Below are positions 51,553 to 64,000 of a DNA stretch of 64,000 bases, one piece after another (the stretch's first letter is position 1; every line of letters begins with the position of its first letter). The DNA is from Hydrolagus colliei (Eukaryota), in the NCBI GenBank assembly GCA_035084275.1, contig CM068744.1:20708001-20772000 (forward strand), written 5' to 3'. Made by a program: the position numbers and the translations under genes. The notes beneath the pieces are model-generated. The model was not told where the DNA came from. It saw only the letters and a program-made list of their open reading frames with translations, and ran no database searches.

Positions 51553-51900
51553 GTTGATTGTTGTTGTTTTTGTTGTTAATGTTATTGCTTTTGTAGTTTG
51601 TTGTTGTTGATTTTGTTGTTTATTGTTGTTGCTTGATTCCCCCCCCCCCCCCCCCACACTCTTGCCCCCTGGCCTTCCCCCCTCTTCTTCTTCTCTCACT
51701 CCCTTTCCCCACTTTCTCTCCCCCCTTTTCCCCTTCCCTCCCTCCTCCCCCTTAACCCTCTTTCTCCCTGATCTTACCCCCCACCTACCTTTCCCTCCTT
51801 CTCTCCCTTACCTCCCCTTTCTCCCCCCTCTTCCTCCCTGAGCTTATCCCATCCCACCTTTCCCCCCCTCTCACCCCTTGGTCTCTTTCCCCCTTTTCTC
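51553..51900. repeat. (GTT)-rich tract followed by an approximately 260-bp polypyrimidine (C/T) tract
   Basis: Direct composition. Confidence 0.9.
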
Positions 51901-52334
51901 CCTTGGCCCCATTTCCGCAACTGTTTGTGGGACACTGCTGTGCGCAATTTGGCTGTCGTGTTTCGCCCACAAATATATAGTTGGCTTTCCTGCTCTACTT
52001 TCCCCTACCCCTCCCCTTGCCATCTTTCCCCCCTTTTTCCCTTAATCCAACTTTTATGACTGTTTGTCGGACACTGCTGTGCTCAATTTAGCTGCTGCAT
52101 TTCGTCCACAAATATACAATACATTTTTCTACTTTTCTTCATCCTGCCACTCCCCATCCCCCCCTGCTCTTGTCCATACCTAACTGTACAGCGCCTTGGA
52201 ACATCCTCTTGATGTGAAAGGCGCTACATAAATGTAAGTTTTGATTGATTGAATGAGTGATTGTGATGTCGCGTCAGGAACCGTTAAATTGAGATCAAAA
52301 TACCCCCAAAAAGTGTAATTTCAATAAGCTGCAC

Positions 52335-52663
52335 CTGAAATTGAAACAAACTTGATGCATTAGAGTCATGAAATTATGGATTTACAGCAGGATTCTTCAC
52401 CAAGATGTCTAAAGCACAAAAGTGGGGATTTCATCTGGTAACTAGAAGTACAATATTTGTGCACTTCATCAGTGGGAACTGCACACTGAGTAAATCCACA
52501 AATGCTACAGTGATCCCACGAATCAGCAGCAATGTTGGGAATACATCTCATACTGCCTGGCTGTGCATCCAAGAAGGAGTTGGGGAACAATACGTTACGT
52601 TTTATCCTTTTGGAAAATTTTGTTTCAGACATCATTCGATGGCTTATGGTTCTGTGATTCAAT
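52335..52663 (-). pseudogene. Candidate pseudo-exon
   Basis: DVFPTLLLIRGITVAFVDLLSVQFPLMKCTNIVLLVTR*NPHFCALDILVKNP; reading frame ambiguous. Confidence 0.4.
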
Positions 52664-53984
52664 CTGAATTATTATTGCCCACAGTTATAAAATGCTTAAA
52701 ATGTTACCAAGATATATGAACATGCTTCACATGATACAGCGGTGCATTATGTGAGCGAACTATAGGCTATTGAATGATCTTGGGCAGCAAATTAATGTAC
52801 AGTGTACTGGATAAAAAGAATTGAGGAAAATGTTATATCTCAAACAAGATCGTTATTTTTGTTATCAGGATCCGATAAAACAAAAAGAACAATAAATTGC
52901 ATTTATATAGAGCCTTTCACGTTGGTAGGGTATCGCACGGCACTGGAAAGTCAAGGATTTTCACTTGAGCTGGGGATTGGAATCATCAGAGATGAGGGTA
53001 AGGAGGGTGGGGATGCAATGCTGACTGAAGACACAATCAAAGAAGGAAGGGTTTGAAATGGGCATTGAAGGAGACAAGGAAGGGGCCAAGGCAAAAGGAC
53101 TCCGGGATGGAGCTCTAGAAGATGGGGGCAGGAAGTCTAAAGGCTCGTACAGTGGGATAAGGGAAATGGAGCAGGCCATTGCCCACAGAGTGGAGGTAGC
53201 AGGCAGGTTGGTAATAATTTGGCAGGTTGCAGCAGTAGGGAGGGGCAGGATCATGCAGTGCTTTAAAAGTGAAGAAGGGGACATTTGATACCTTGGGCAA
53301 GTTTCCTTACACCACATGACTGATACTAATCCTAAAAAGAAAAAAAAACAATAAATTGGTAATTCAATCAATGACTGTTTGGGGATACTGGAGTGCGCAA
53401 TTGGCTGCTATGCTTCAAATATACATTCAATTCTCTCTGCAGTCTATTCTGTAAAGCACATTGAGACATCTAGAATATGCGAAAAGCACTATATTAAATT
53501 CAAATATTATTAATATTATTATCATTATTATTATTATTATTATTAACTTGATCTTCTGGGGATGGGGAACCAGTGAAGCTTGTCTAGGTTTGGGATAATT
53601 GGCTTCTCCATAGAGCTTGGTGAGGAAGATTTCTGAAATTCAAAATGTCAGCATAACCTGCATCTTGTGGAGGAAATAGTAGGGAAGTCTAGCGAGCATG
53701 GAGGTAGCGTTGTCAAACTTTGACATAATGAAAACATGGATGGTCCTGGTTGCCTGAGTGGAGAAATAATGGCGGAAACGGGCAATGTTGCAAAAGTAGA
53801 AGAAGGCACGTATGAAATAAATCAATGGTTGTTATGCTTGGTATCTACTTTAACAATAGGCACATGTTTATGTGGGTTTATGCTATCTTTCACAGATGAA
53901 TAAATCACAAGCTGTAGTCTACTTAAGTACATGGAAAATTTAAAACAAGTATTTTTCAAGGGGCAAGTAAGTAGTAATATATCA

Positions 53985-54296
53985 ATAATAATCCTTGCAT
54001 TTGATATAGCACTTATCATGAATTCTAGACATCTCAATACACTTCACAGAATATACCATAAAGTGAATTAATTGTATATTGGTGGGTGAAATGCGGCAGC
54101 CAATTACCCACAGCAGTGTCCTACAAATAGATGTTGTTTGAACTGACTACGGTAATATATTATTGTCTTTTTTTCTTGAGGTATTATTATTAGGTATGTG
54201 GACTAAGGAAACTTGCCCAAGGTTTTGCCTTGGCGAATTGAACCCAGGTCTGTTGCTTGCAAGACGAGTGCTCTATCAACTGAGTTACAGGACTCT
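53985..54296 (-). mobile_element. tRNA/Deu SINE
   Basis: Family consensus from head to tail. Confidence 0.88.
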
Positions 54297-54605
54297 ATGC
54301 AATGTGTTATTTGTCTCAAGATACATTTATGCCTTTTAAAGGCTCAAAGCTACTTTAGATGAAATGTATAATGACAGAAGCTTCAGTTTCTAACATTTCA
54401 TTCTGTTTATATACTTAGAATTAATATGAAAGATGCTTTACAATCTCATAGCCTTCAGTCAGTTCAAACAGCCACAGCATATTTAACCTCTGATTTTACA
54501 AGGTCGTATTGAAAGTAAATGGGCTAATAGATTAATTAGCAAAGTGCTTTGAGAAATTTCAAAGATAAGATAGGCGCTGTATCAAATTTAAGGATTATTG
54601 TATTG

Positions 54606-55325
54606 TAGGGTCTGGCGATATATCAATATATCACTAACACCCAACATAATTTTCATATCGATACGCCGATATAGGCATTTCAAAAATATCGATATATCGA
54701 CAAAGTCGATCGAAAAAATCGGAATGCGCGCGCACTGAACTACAAGACCCAGAATGCTCATCTCTATACACAATGCACAGACCAAGGTGCAAAGCCGCCA
54801 TATTGTATTCATAGTACTCGAATACAATATATAGGTATGCAAGGGGAGGGGGAGAGAGACGGTGGGTTGGGGGGGGGGGGTGGTAGACAGGGACGATGGC
54901 GGGGGGTGGGGGCAAGAGGGACAGCGGCGGGGGGGGGGAGAGAGGGATGGCGGCCGGGGGGGGGGGGGGGGGGGGGGGTGAGAGGATGGCGGCGGGGAGG
55001 GGGGGAGGAGGGAGGGACGGCGGCGGGGGGTGGGGGGAGAGACAGGGTGGATGTGATAATATAAAGATAGATAGAGATGGGGGGGATGTGAGAGAGGAGA
55101 GAGACACAGAGACACAGACAGAAAAGCACAGAGATGAAGAGAGTGAGTGTGAGAGACACAGAGAAAGATATTTACCTCCTAAGGAGATAGGCCCCGAATG
55201 CGCGCGCACCCTGAATGCGCATGCATGCGCATACGAAAACCCCAAAAATATCGATATTTTGGTATATCTCGATATGAGCCCATCGATATATCTAAATCGG
55301 AAAATTTCCATATCGACGGACCCTA
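54606..55325 (+). mobile_element. Non-autonomous hAT-type element (second full copy)
   Basis: 8-bp TSD ttgtattg (54598-54605, 55326-55333); TIR tagggtctggcgata / tatcgacggacccta. Confidence 0.93.
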
Positions 55326-56308
55326 TTGTATTGGTATTACTATCAAGTGCTCTGCGACACCATCTGGCATGAAGCCTGAAGGGAGCTAAATAAATTCAAG
55401 TTGTTGTTCTAATAATTGATTGTAAAAATAACACAATCGATTAGTAAATTCAGTCATACGTCAAATTTATATTTAGGTAGCGACTTTCACGTCAGTAGAA
55501 TGTGCTGGATATTCCAAAGTTGCACGTAAGATGGAGGTGGGGGTTGGTGGCAGCAAGAAGTGAAAAATGTCTCAAAACGCAGTTAAAATTTAATGTCTTG
55601 AGATAAACAACAACAACAACAATTTACATTTATAGAGCGCCTTTCACGTCGGGAGGACGTGAAACCTTTTAGAAGGTGAGGGAAGGGTGGAATTGAAAGG
55701 ACTCCAGGATGATATTCCAGAGGATGGGGCAGGTAGTTTGAAAGCCTGCCCACCAATGGTGGGATGAGTGGGGCGGTGGATGTGAAGCAGGCAGGGGCCA
55801 GCTGAATAGCAGGAGCAGCGATGTTGGAGGTCACAAAAGTTGAAGAGAGAGAGAAAAGAGAAATGGAAGATTTGGAAAGAGTTGCAGGGAATGGGGTCAA
55901 AGTATTTGAAAGCTTGTCCACCAATGTTGGGGGAGAGGGAGTGTGGGGCCAGGGGGCATGAATTAAGATGAAATGGCAGAGAAAGAAAGGACAATGATCT
56001 TAAAGTTTTTTCAGAAGAAAGGAAAAGCTTAGTGGTGTTAGCCAGGAGGGTGAGAAACAGCAACTGGTGGACAGGAGGTGGATAGTGGGCTATTTGTGAG
56101 TCAAGGGAAAGAGAGGGATGAGGGAGAAGATTGGAATTAATGGTTTGAAAGTAGATTGTTGAGAAGGCATAAGAGGGGAATGTAGAGGTAGTGCAGCCAG
56201 TTGGGCAGATTGTTTAGATTTTGGACGTCAATGGGGAGAAACTTCAGCAATCAAATCATTAAAAGTATAAATCGGATTGTACATTTGGATTATCATTTTA
56301 TTCAGTAC

Positions 56309-56382
56309 CATAGAAATATTCTGTGGGCAGATTTACTCTCATTACCATCTAGCAAGTGGGAAGATTCAACATCAATCACAAT
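56309..56382 (-). pseudogene. 74-nt open exon
   Basis: tctctcag acceptor, tg|gtactg donor; IVIDVESSHLLDGNESKSAHRIFL; phase 0 matches the upstream exon. Confidence 0.55.
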
Positions 56383-56781
56383 CTGAGAGACTAGGGGCAA
56401 AATAGTAGAGATGAACGGGCCTCTGTCTATTCTATGTATGTGGTCTATGTGCTGTATAGTGTGGAAATTTCCTGTGAAATCCAATGTTAGTCCACATGGG
56501 AATAAAAAAGTTCAGCAGGGAACCACTACAGATGCATTTATCCTAATGTATGTGCAAAAAAAATTTCAAACCATTACTTTGCATAGTATTTTTTATTTCT
56601 ACATTGTTCCTATAAGAATGTTGGAATCTACTTCACCTTATCTCCTAATGGACTGGAGAAGGCAAATCTGCTCCCTGCTGCTTCCCAACCACTAGCTGTA
56701 AATGTGACCTGTTTTGGCATTGGTCAAAAAGAGCACCTGCCTTTTCTCACATGATATATCAAACTGCTTGTTGCCATTGTT

Positions 56782-57095
56782 AGGGAGTCTTGTAGTTTAG
56801 TGGTTAGAACATTTGCCTTACAAGTGAGAGACTTGGGTTCAATTCCAGGCAGGGTGAAACCAAGGGCAAGTTTCCTTATTCCACATGCCTAACAATAATC
56901 TCTCCCCAAAAATAATAATTCGGTCATTTCAATCCACGACTGTTTGTGGGAAACTGCTACGCGCAATTGGCTGCTATGTTTCGCCCACAGAATATACATA
57001 CAGTCAATTCACTTTACAGTATACTTCTGTGAAGTGCTTTGAGAAGTCTAAAAGATGTGAAAAGTACTATATCAAATGTAAAGATTATTATTATT
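56782..57095 (+). mobile_element. Full-length tRNA/Deu SINE
   Basis: ggagtcttgtagtttagtgg head, ggttcaattcc B box, TAT tail. Confidence 0.9.
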
Positions 57096-57648
57096 GTCAT
57101 GTTTGTTAAAGAGTAATGAAGCTGCTGTAACCATCATCTGAATTCTCATGGTTATCATTCTTGCAAATAAAGTTCCACCCTAGGAGACTGATTTCCATCA
57201 ATTTCAATGCCAGCATCTTGATCAACCAGCAAATATTGGGATACATTTTAAATCACCCTACACGTCCAATACATCATAGGAAATAAACTTAGCAATAAAC
57301 TCAGCAATGGAATAATGGTATAGCCATTTCCAAACACATTATTCCAAACTTGTTGAAGGAAAATCTGAAGTCCATATCTTAACATTTGAGAGGGCCTATT
57401 CTAGCTCATTCATTAATGGGCTGCTATTTACATTCAAGTTGCTGTTGTTATCTATAGGTACTAGTTCTTACATTCTGGGGAGAAGCTATTTTCGGACTGT
57501 CCACTTTCTAAAAATGTCTTTTTAAGTAATCTATCAATGGACTTTTAGCTTGTTCTTAGATGCCATCCAATTTTAGCTGGTTAAACTGTAACAGTACTAA
57601 CAAGGCATAATACTTGATGTTCATAATTTAGATCTTGTAAATTATTAC

Positions 57649-57844
57649 CCAGTACATTTTTGAATTAGTTAAGCAGGATGCATCCACCCTGGACGAGAGT
57701 GTGGATTCTATTCCAGATGTAGCAACTCTACCATTGTCTATATGCAGCAGAGATAAGATGATATTGGTGAGTGCATCTATAAGATTGGCCCTGATGAGAT
57801 GTAAATCACCCTCAAAAGGTTCTACATTTAAAGGAACATGTTTC
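57649..57844 (-). pseudogene. 196-nt open exon
   Basis: actttcaatag acceptor, tgg|gtaata donor; KHVPLNVEPFEGDLHLIRANLIDALTNIILSLLHIDNGRVATSGIESTLSSRVDASCLTNSKMYW. Confidence 0.65.
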
Positions 57845-59329
57845 CTATTGAAAGTTTTTATCAAAATGACATGTTTAATCTAACTAAGAGGAACTTACAA
57901 CTTACAAAATATTAATACCATAAGTAACAGTCCATAGAAGTATGCTTGTCAAAGGAGACAATGCGACCTTGGGCCCAGAAATTCCATGACCTATTTGAAT
58001 TTGGCATTGGGATAAGGGTGGGTTCTGATACTTTACACCATTGGATTTATTCCACTGTGAGCCTCAGCAAAATTGGTGGGCTGGTGTTCAGTGGTGGTTG
58101 CACTGAGTAGAAATTCCCAATTTGCTGCTTGTGTGTATTAAAACACTGGGCTCCTGCTGATCAGTGCTAAGACTAATGAAGGCAGAGCTAGGTCCAATGA
58201 GACAGACCTGTGGAGAGAAGCTATTAGGCCAAGAGAAACAGAGGTTTGACAGAGGATGGAAACAGGCGAAGGATTGGGAAAGGAGTCAAGACGAAAAGGC
58301 AGCAGTCTTTCATTAAGCATCGGGTAGAGGGAGTGCTGTATTCCAGATGCGGTATCAATACAGAGCTCAATGTTAAAGAGAAATACCTGAGAGACTGGCA
58401 CTAAATATGATTGGAACAGGTAATGTCAACATATGCTACAAAAGGGTATGTACAGGTGGGGCTTATATAGATTCCCTTTGTCCATATCTTTAATATGCAG
58501 GAAATGTTTGGATTTCACAGAAAAGTTTCGAGAGCAATTTCAGCCAAGTAGAATTATATTTACAGAAACTATTTAGGGATGGTTGGGGTTGATCACTGTG
58601 CTCATTTAGACCACAGATTATTATACTTTGATTGCTCTAGCTTGGAGTATCTTTACACTCTATTACTCTAACAGAAAATGTTGTACAGTAAACTCATCAG
58701 TCTTCTTTGTCTGTCCATGGTTGCATGAAGTCAATGATTAGAAGTAAACTCTCTTTGCTGTATGTAACCCCTCACTTTGCCTGGCCATGTGTAGTTTGTA
58801 ATGATTCTCTATTGATTTGATAAATGTGCAGCATGTCAGAGAAACAAAATCTATAATCCTGGTTATTAAAAGAAACAAACATAACTTACAACAGTTTCAC
58901 AGAAAGTTTATTTTCAGGCACAGGAAACGCTGAAGAATACACAATGAAGAAACTGCTCCCTTCTAGCCGCCTACCCATTAACACTTGTCAGCTTGACTTG
59001 GAAGCACTCTTGACTCCAAATTAGATGGTTTTCATTTCAAGCCCCATGTCAGAAGTTTGAGCTTACAACCTAGGCCTCCAGAGTTAGTAGTAATAACAAC
59101 AATATAAATAACAATGAACTAGTTCCAATGGTCATCAGTGCCGCTGAGACTGTTAAAAGTACTATTCAAATATGACTTGATAAAATACCTGGCAAACAAA
59201 TATCAACTAACCACAAATAGTAGCCATTTTAGGAATCTCAAATACATTAAAAAGTACCATTCATGTGTAAAGTGGTATTGGCCTGAAACTCCATTCCCCC
59301 CCCCCCCCCCCCCTACCGTTTTGGCTGCC

Positions 59330-59720
59330 CTCCCCTGTATCCTCCCAATCTCAGCAATATCTTTTTTATATAGTGACCAGAAATACACAGTGTTCTAAGT
59401 GCAGTCATGAAAATGATTTAAAAAGTGATAGGACTACCCCACTATTTTGGATCAATATTGCACTTTTAACACAACCCAGCATCTGGTTTGCCTTACTCTA
59501 TGCTACAGAGCACTGCTGTGATAGTTTCAATTGAATGTCAATCAGGTCCCCGAGGTCCTTTTCACTTTCGGTACAGATTATTTTGTTTACCATTTAACTA
59601 ATAGTTCCTTCCTGGATTTGTATCCCCATGTGAATCACTTTGCACTTCTCTACATTAAATTTCATCTGCCATTGATCCGTTCAATTTCCATAAAAATAAC
59701 CTCTCTGATCATGTCTATGG
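59330..59720 (-). mobile_element. Old CR1 fragment
   Basis: YFWSLYKKDIAEIGRIQGRAAK; DLG..IDIQL-like upstream. Confidence 0.7.
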
Positions 59721-60017
59721 ATGCTTGCTCCTCCCTTTCTTCCTTGTTTGGTATTTAAGCACCTTGGCACATCCTTTGAAAGACTTTATATAAGTTTGTG
59801 TTGTACATTGTCATTGAGAAATGCACAGCGATGCTATCCCACTTGAAGGTTTTCTATATAAATGCAATTTGTTATTGAGAGATTTTGATGTTATGTCTGT
59901 TACAATGCATAACAAAATTACCTTTGTATAGAGCCTCTCATGTTGGGATGACATTCCAAGGTGCTCAGCAGTTGGGGATTTGGGCTCGAGTGAATGGTGG
60001 GAAAAGGGTTGGGATAA

Positions 60018-60326
60018 AAATAATAATCCTTGCATTTGATATAGTGCGTTTTTCATCTTCTAGACATCTGAAAGCACTTCACAGAATGTACTGTAAAGTG
60101 ATTTGACCGTATCTATGTGGACGAAACGTGACAGCCAAATATACAAAGCAGTGTCCCACAAACAGTCATGGATTGAAATGACCAATTTTATTTTATTTTA
60201 AATTGGAGGGATTATTATTAGGTGTGTGGAGTAAGAAAACTTGCCCAAGGTTTTACCCTGCCTGGAATTGAACCCAGGTCTCTTACTTGTAAGTCGAGTG
60301 CTCTAACCACTGAGCTACTGGACTCC
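60018..60326 (-). mobile_element. Full-length SINE nested in an L2 3' fragment (59915-60490)
   Basis: SINE consensus; L2 tail on the left and L2 3'UTR on the right. Confidence 0.88.
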
Positions 60327-61750
60327 ACATAAGGGAGGATGGAGAGCAGTGAGGGTAGAAGTGTGGGTGAAGGCACAGCCAAATAGGAAGATCTTGAAAT
60401 CTGGCTTGAAGAAGGGAAGGGAGGGAACAAGGTGAAAGGAGTGTGGCATGGATTTCCATATGACAGGGGCAGAGATGCTGTAGGCCCGATCAAATTTATA
60501 TGAATCAAAAGGATTATTTTTCATTTATGTGTGCAATAGTGTTTAATATAATTCTTAAAATCTCCCAAACATTCAGTAGATTGTTAGTCCAAGACAAAAA
60601 AAAAGTTAACATTTCAGATCTGTTCTATTTTAGTCACAAACAAAAAGGGAAGACGCACAGGAAAGTAAAACATTTCTGTCTGAGTAACTTCAACTGTATA
60701 TTAACCACCTTGTTTATGGTCTCCACAGGGGCCAATTAGAACATTTAATTTCCTGGCATTTCTCTACATAAGAACTGAATTTATTATAAATAATTGACAC
60801 ACAGTTTAAAATTATACATCTTCATTTTCTAAAGGTACATCTAATTGGTGATTCATAAATGTTAGCCAATATATACAGGAAAGCTTAACATGTGTCAGTG
60901 AGCAATTCCACCCTTGGTGCAACTAGAATAAATGGTTTCCCTTTGCAGAGGGTAAACTTAATCCTTTTTTTTTCCCTCAGAGTGCTTTTCATCTTGTCTG
61001 GTTATGTATTCTAAGTAATACTGGCATCTAATTTGCAGTATTTCTTTTTATAGCATTCCTTAATAAGCAATCCAGCTAGAATACCTATTGACCTACAGGA
61101 ACTCAGCCATGGAAGTAATAGTCCTTGCATTTGATATAGCATCCCTTCACGATGGGATGTCTCAAAGTGTGGTGACTGTATTTTGCAGGTACTGTACATC
61201 AATGTCCCTCAAGCAGTCTTGAAGTGAATGACCAATTTTATCAGAGGTATGATAGCCAGGAGATTGAGAGAAACTAACTTCTCTTTTCAAATAGTGCAAT
61301 AGGATCTTTAACGTCCACCAGAATAAGAGTTGGAAACTCAGTTTTAATGGCTCATCCAAATGATGGTACATCCAACAATGCAACACTCGACCATTGAAAT
61401 GTGAGCTTCCACTGCGAATTCACATCCTGATGTAAAGCAGATTCTATTGGCATCCTGTAAGTTGATATATATATACATATTATAAAGATATATAATACTG
61501 TATATATATATAATGTATCTTCACTTGCATGGGAGTTTACTTATTTGCACAACTCAGATTTCTTATTGAGGAATCACATTAGAAATAGATCAAATTAGGC
61601 CCCATTAAAAGTTGCTATAGTAAAGACTAATTATTTAAGGCCATTATTTCCTGAGATTGTTTTTAATTTGTTAATCCTGTGAATTATCCTTATAATTGCT
61701 TTTCTTGCAAGAAATGAGAGAAATATATGCCTTGTTAATAAAATTGTCAC

Positions 61751-62262
61751 CTGGTCCATCCTATTATGATGTAAGTAGAAGAATCAAGGTGAATTCATAG
61801 GACGAGCTATTTTTCAACATATTGAATAACCCATATCACAAGATTGGTATGGATGAAGTTCGCCCTTTAGATAATCCAATCTGATTCCTCCAGAACACCC
61901 ACTCCCCTATTCAACCCATCACTGAATAAAGCTGCTTTTTGTCTACTTGTGAGTATACTCCATGGGGGGGTAGGTAAGCAGCGTCTCCTTGGAGCTGAAT
62001 TGGCAAAGAAATATCAGACTCTAGCCACCAGTTCCTGAGCCGGACAGGACTGCAATAATGCAGGGCATTGTTGATGACAGCACAGGTAGCCTGGCTCATC
62101 AGCAAGACTTGGAAGAGCAGACTGGTCACTTGGGATGAGGAATCCTCCCACACAGCTCCTGTTAACACTCCAAGCTAAAGCCCTAGTGGGTATGGAAGAT
62201 CTAGCTGGGAAAACTTGCCAGACAGTGCTGTCAATGGTGAGCTATGTCATTTTAGCTCAAAA
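61751..62262 (-). pseudogene. Large pseudo-exon
   Basis: ggctttcag acceptor, cag|gtgaca donor; one frame with several stops: LTGAVWEDSSSQVTSLLFQVLL...SPVRLRNWWLESDISLPIQLQGDAAYLPPHGVYSQVDKKQLYSVMG*IGEWVFWRNQIG. Confidence 0.6.
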
Positions 62263-62568
62263 CTGAAAGCCCTATTTTGTCTAATTGTTGCTCATAGCTC
62301 ATTCCCTTAACATTATGGATTATCCTCAACTGCCTTTAGTTTCTAAAGTCGTAAAATACAAGGATGTTAACTGGTTATATTGGTCCTGTCTGCCCATGGC
62401 ACTATTTCTCTTGCTGTGTTGGTCAAAATCCCCTGATGAAATTAATCGTTAATTTCATATCTACAATAACAACTTGTATCTGTATAGCTTTCTTCACATG
62501 AGCTAGCATCTTTGATAGCTTAACAGTGGTGGGTCTTGACTTATTATACTATACCTTTAAAGATAGTA

Positions 62569-63272
62569 CAGGTAGCCCCCGCTTATCGAACGCCCTGTTA
62601 ACGAAACTTCACTATAACGAGGGTTTCTATTTGTACCCCACTATACGCTTACCGAAGGCTGCGCTCACTATAACGAAAGTTTAAATCTCGCGCGCTTCTT
62701 GTCTCCCGGCAGCCTCCACGACACAAGCGCACATACATACACACACTTACTGCAGCATCACCTAATCCAAGAGAAAGCGCTGCAGTGTGGGAGGAGCTTA
62801 AGCGGTAGGATGCACTGTCTGTCTGTCTCTCCGTCTCTCTCTTTCTCAGTCTCTCTCTCTCTCCGTGTCTCTTTCCCTCTCTCTGTCTGTCTGGGTCGTG
62901 CTCTCTCTCTCTCTCTCTCTCTCTCTCGCTCTCTCTGTCCCTCTCTGTATCTCTATCTCTCTGGGTCTCTTTCTCTCTCTCTGTTTGAGTCTCTCGGTGT
63001 CACAATCTCACTCACAGTCTCTCTCTGTCTCAGTCTCTTTCTCTTTAACTCTCTCTTCCTGCCTTCAATAGCAGTGCTACCTACCTTCTGCCATCGCTGA
63101 TACACTGTAAATGTTAGCGCTAGGCGCTAGGCTAGGCGCAAGCCATTACTGAAAAGGAATGTTTTCATATACGGAAACACAGTAGGGACCTTCCCCCCGC
63201 CCACTTAACGCAATTTTCGCTTAACGAGCAGTTTTGACATCCCTAACCCTTTTGTTAAGTGGGGGATACCTG
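62569..63272. mobile_element. Tigger/pogo-type MITE with an internal (CT)n tract
   Basis: TA TSD; TIR caggtagcccccgctta / taagtgggggatacctg; subterminal taacga motifs; CT-rich at 62815-63060. Confidence 0.85.
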
Positions 63273-64000
63273 TATAATAATAATTGTTGCATTTGATAGT
63301 GGTTTATCGAATTGAAACATGTCAAAATGATTCAGATTTGGGTATACAATGTTTGTCCACAAATATACCATCACTAAATTCTACAGTAAATCCTGTGAAG
63401 CATTTCTGCAATGTAATAAAGCACTATCAAATGCAAGATTTATTCTTATTATACAATTATGCAATATGCATCAAATTGAATGGATGATCAGTCCCACATT
63501 GCAACCCTAAGCAAAAAAAAGTTTATTTCTACGGCTGAGCTACTATTTCTAAAGATTTTTTAAAAAGCTCAAAATACTGAGACAAATGAGGCAATTTGAC
63601 TCCACTGAATTAATTTTGCCTTTAGTCTTATAGAATGAAGTAGTTCATGTTATCTCTATTTGTAGTCTAATTATTAGCCCACAAGCAATGCTTTAGTCAT
63701 GTTATTGCTTTTTGATCTTCTGAATCCTAAAGTCTAAAGGTATCTAAGTACGTATTACATTTAAAAAAATAATATGGATAACATTGAGCCTGGCTTTGTA
63801 ACGTGTAAACTAACAACTTGCCATTTAGAACTGCAGATACTTCAATTTATTGGAATTTGATACCAGTACAACCGTAATACTGAGGTTTGGCAGGAACTCA
63901 TTCAATGTGCCAGTCTCCAGTTACAGTAGCTGTTATTTTGTAAGAAGAGGACAGGTGGGATCCATTCCATTCCTATCACTATAAATTGTGGTAAATTTAT

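Larger units (their letters stand above)
1..62262 (-). pseudogene. Large decayed multi-exon gene spanning the window; product unidentified, possibly multi-RGS-like-domain (RGS22/RGSL1-type)
   Basis: More than 25 non-repeat segments, all on the minus strand, translate to protein-like sequence and are mostly bounded by (Y)nAG and GT. Several neighbours join in frame (57649|56382, 51359|51271, 22378|22196|21960). Most have in-frame stops or frameshifts, and some are split by TEs. The family call is recalled motif resemblance only. Confidence 0.7.

Noticed and set aside
57649-57844. GREB1/GREB1L identity (PFEGDL here and LSGP*QV near 21720)
   Set aside because: Only short motif coincidences; the surrounding sequence does not match what I recall of the family.
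58138-58401. 87-aa minus-strand ORF as an exon
   Set aside because: No convincing donor site and no recognisable motif; it could be an old repeat, so I left it uncalled.

Overview
Vertebrate nuclear DNA, most likely a cartilaginous fish and plausibly a chimaera. This is inferred from the repeat repertoire: Deu-type tRNA SINEs, L2 and CR1 LINEs, and palindromic Penelope-like repeats. There is no prokaryotic content, and most entries in the ORF track are repeat-derived or spurious. The window is dense in transposable elements: L2 and CR1 fragments, many SINE copies, three copies of a non-autonomous hAT element (two with perfect 8-bp TSDs), two Tigger/pogo-type MITEs with TA TSDs (one a near-complete foldback), a solo LTR with a 4-bp TSD, a decayed Gypsy gag-protease remnant, and Penelope-like palindromes with hammerhead-ribozyme remnants. 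Between the repeats lies a chain of more than 25 minus-strand exon-like segments. Most are bounded by AG/GT, several join in compatible phase across short introns, and most carry stops, frameshifts or TE insertions. I read this as a large decayed multi-exon gene (candidate unitary pseudogene) spanning the whole window. Several translated pieces resemble, by eye only, the degenerate RGS-like repeats of RGS22/RGSL1-type proteins. The identity is not confirmed.
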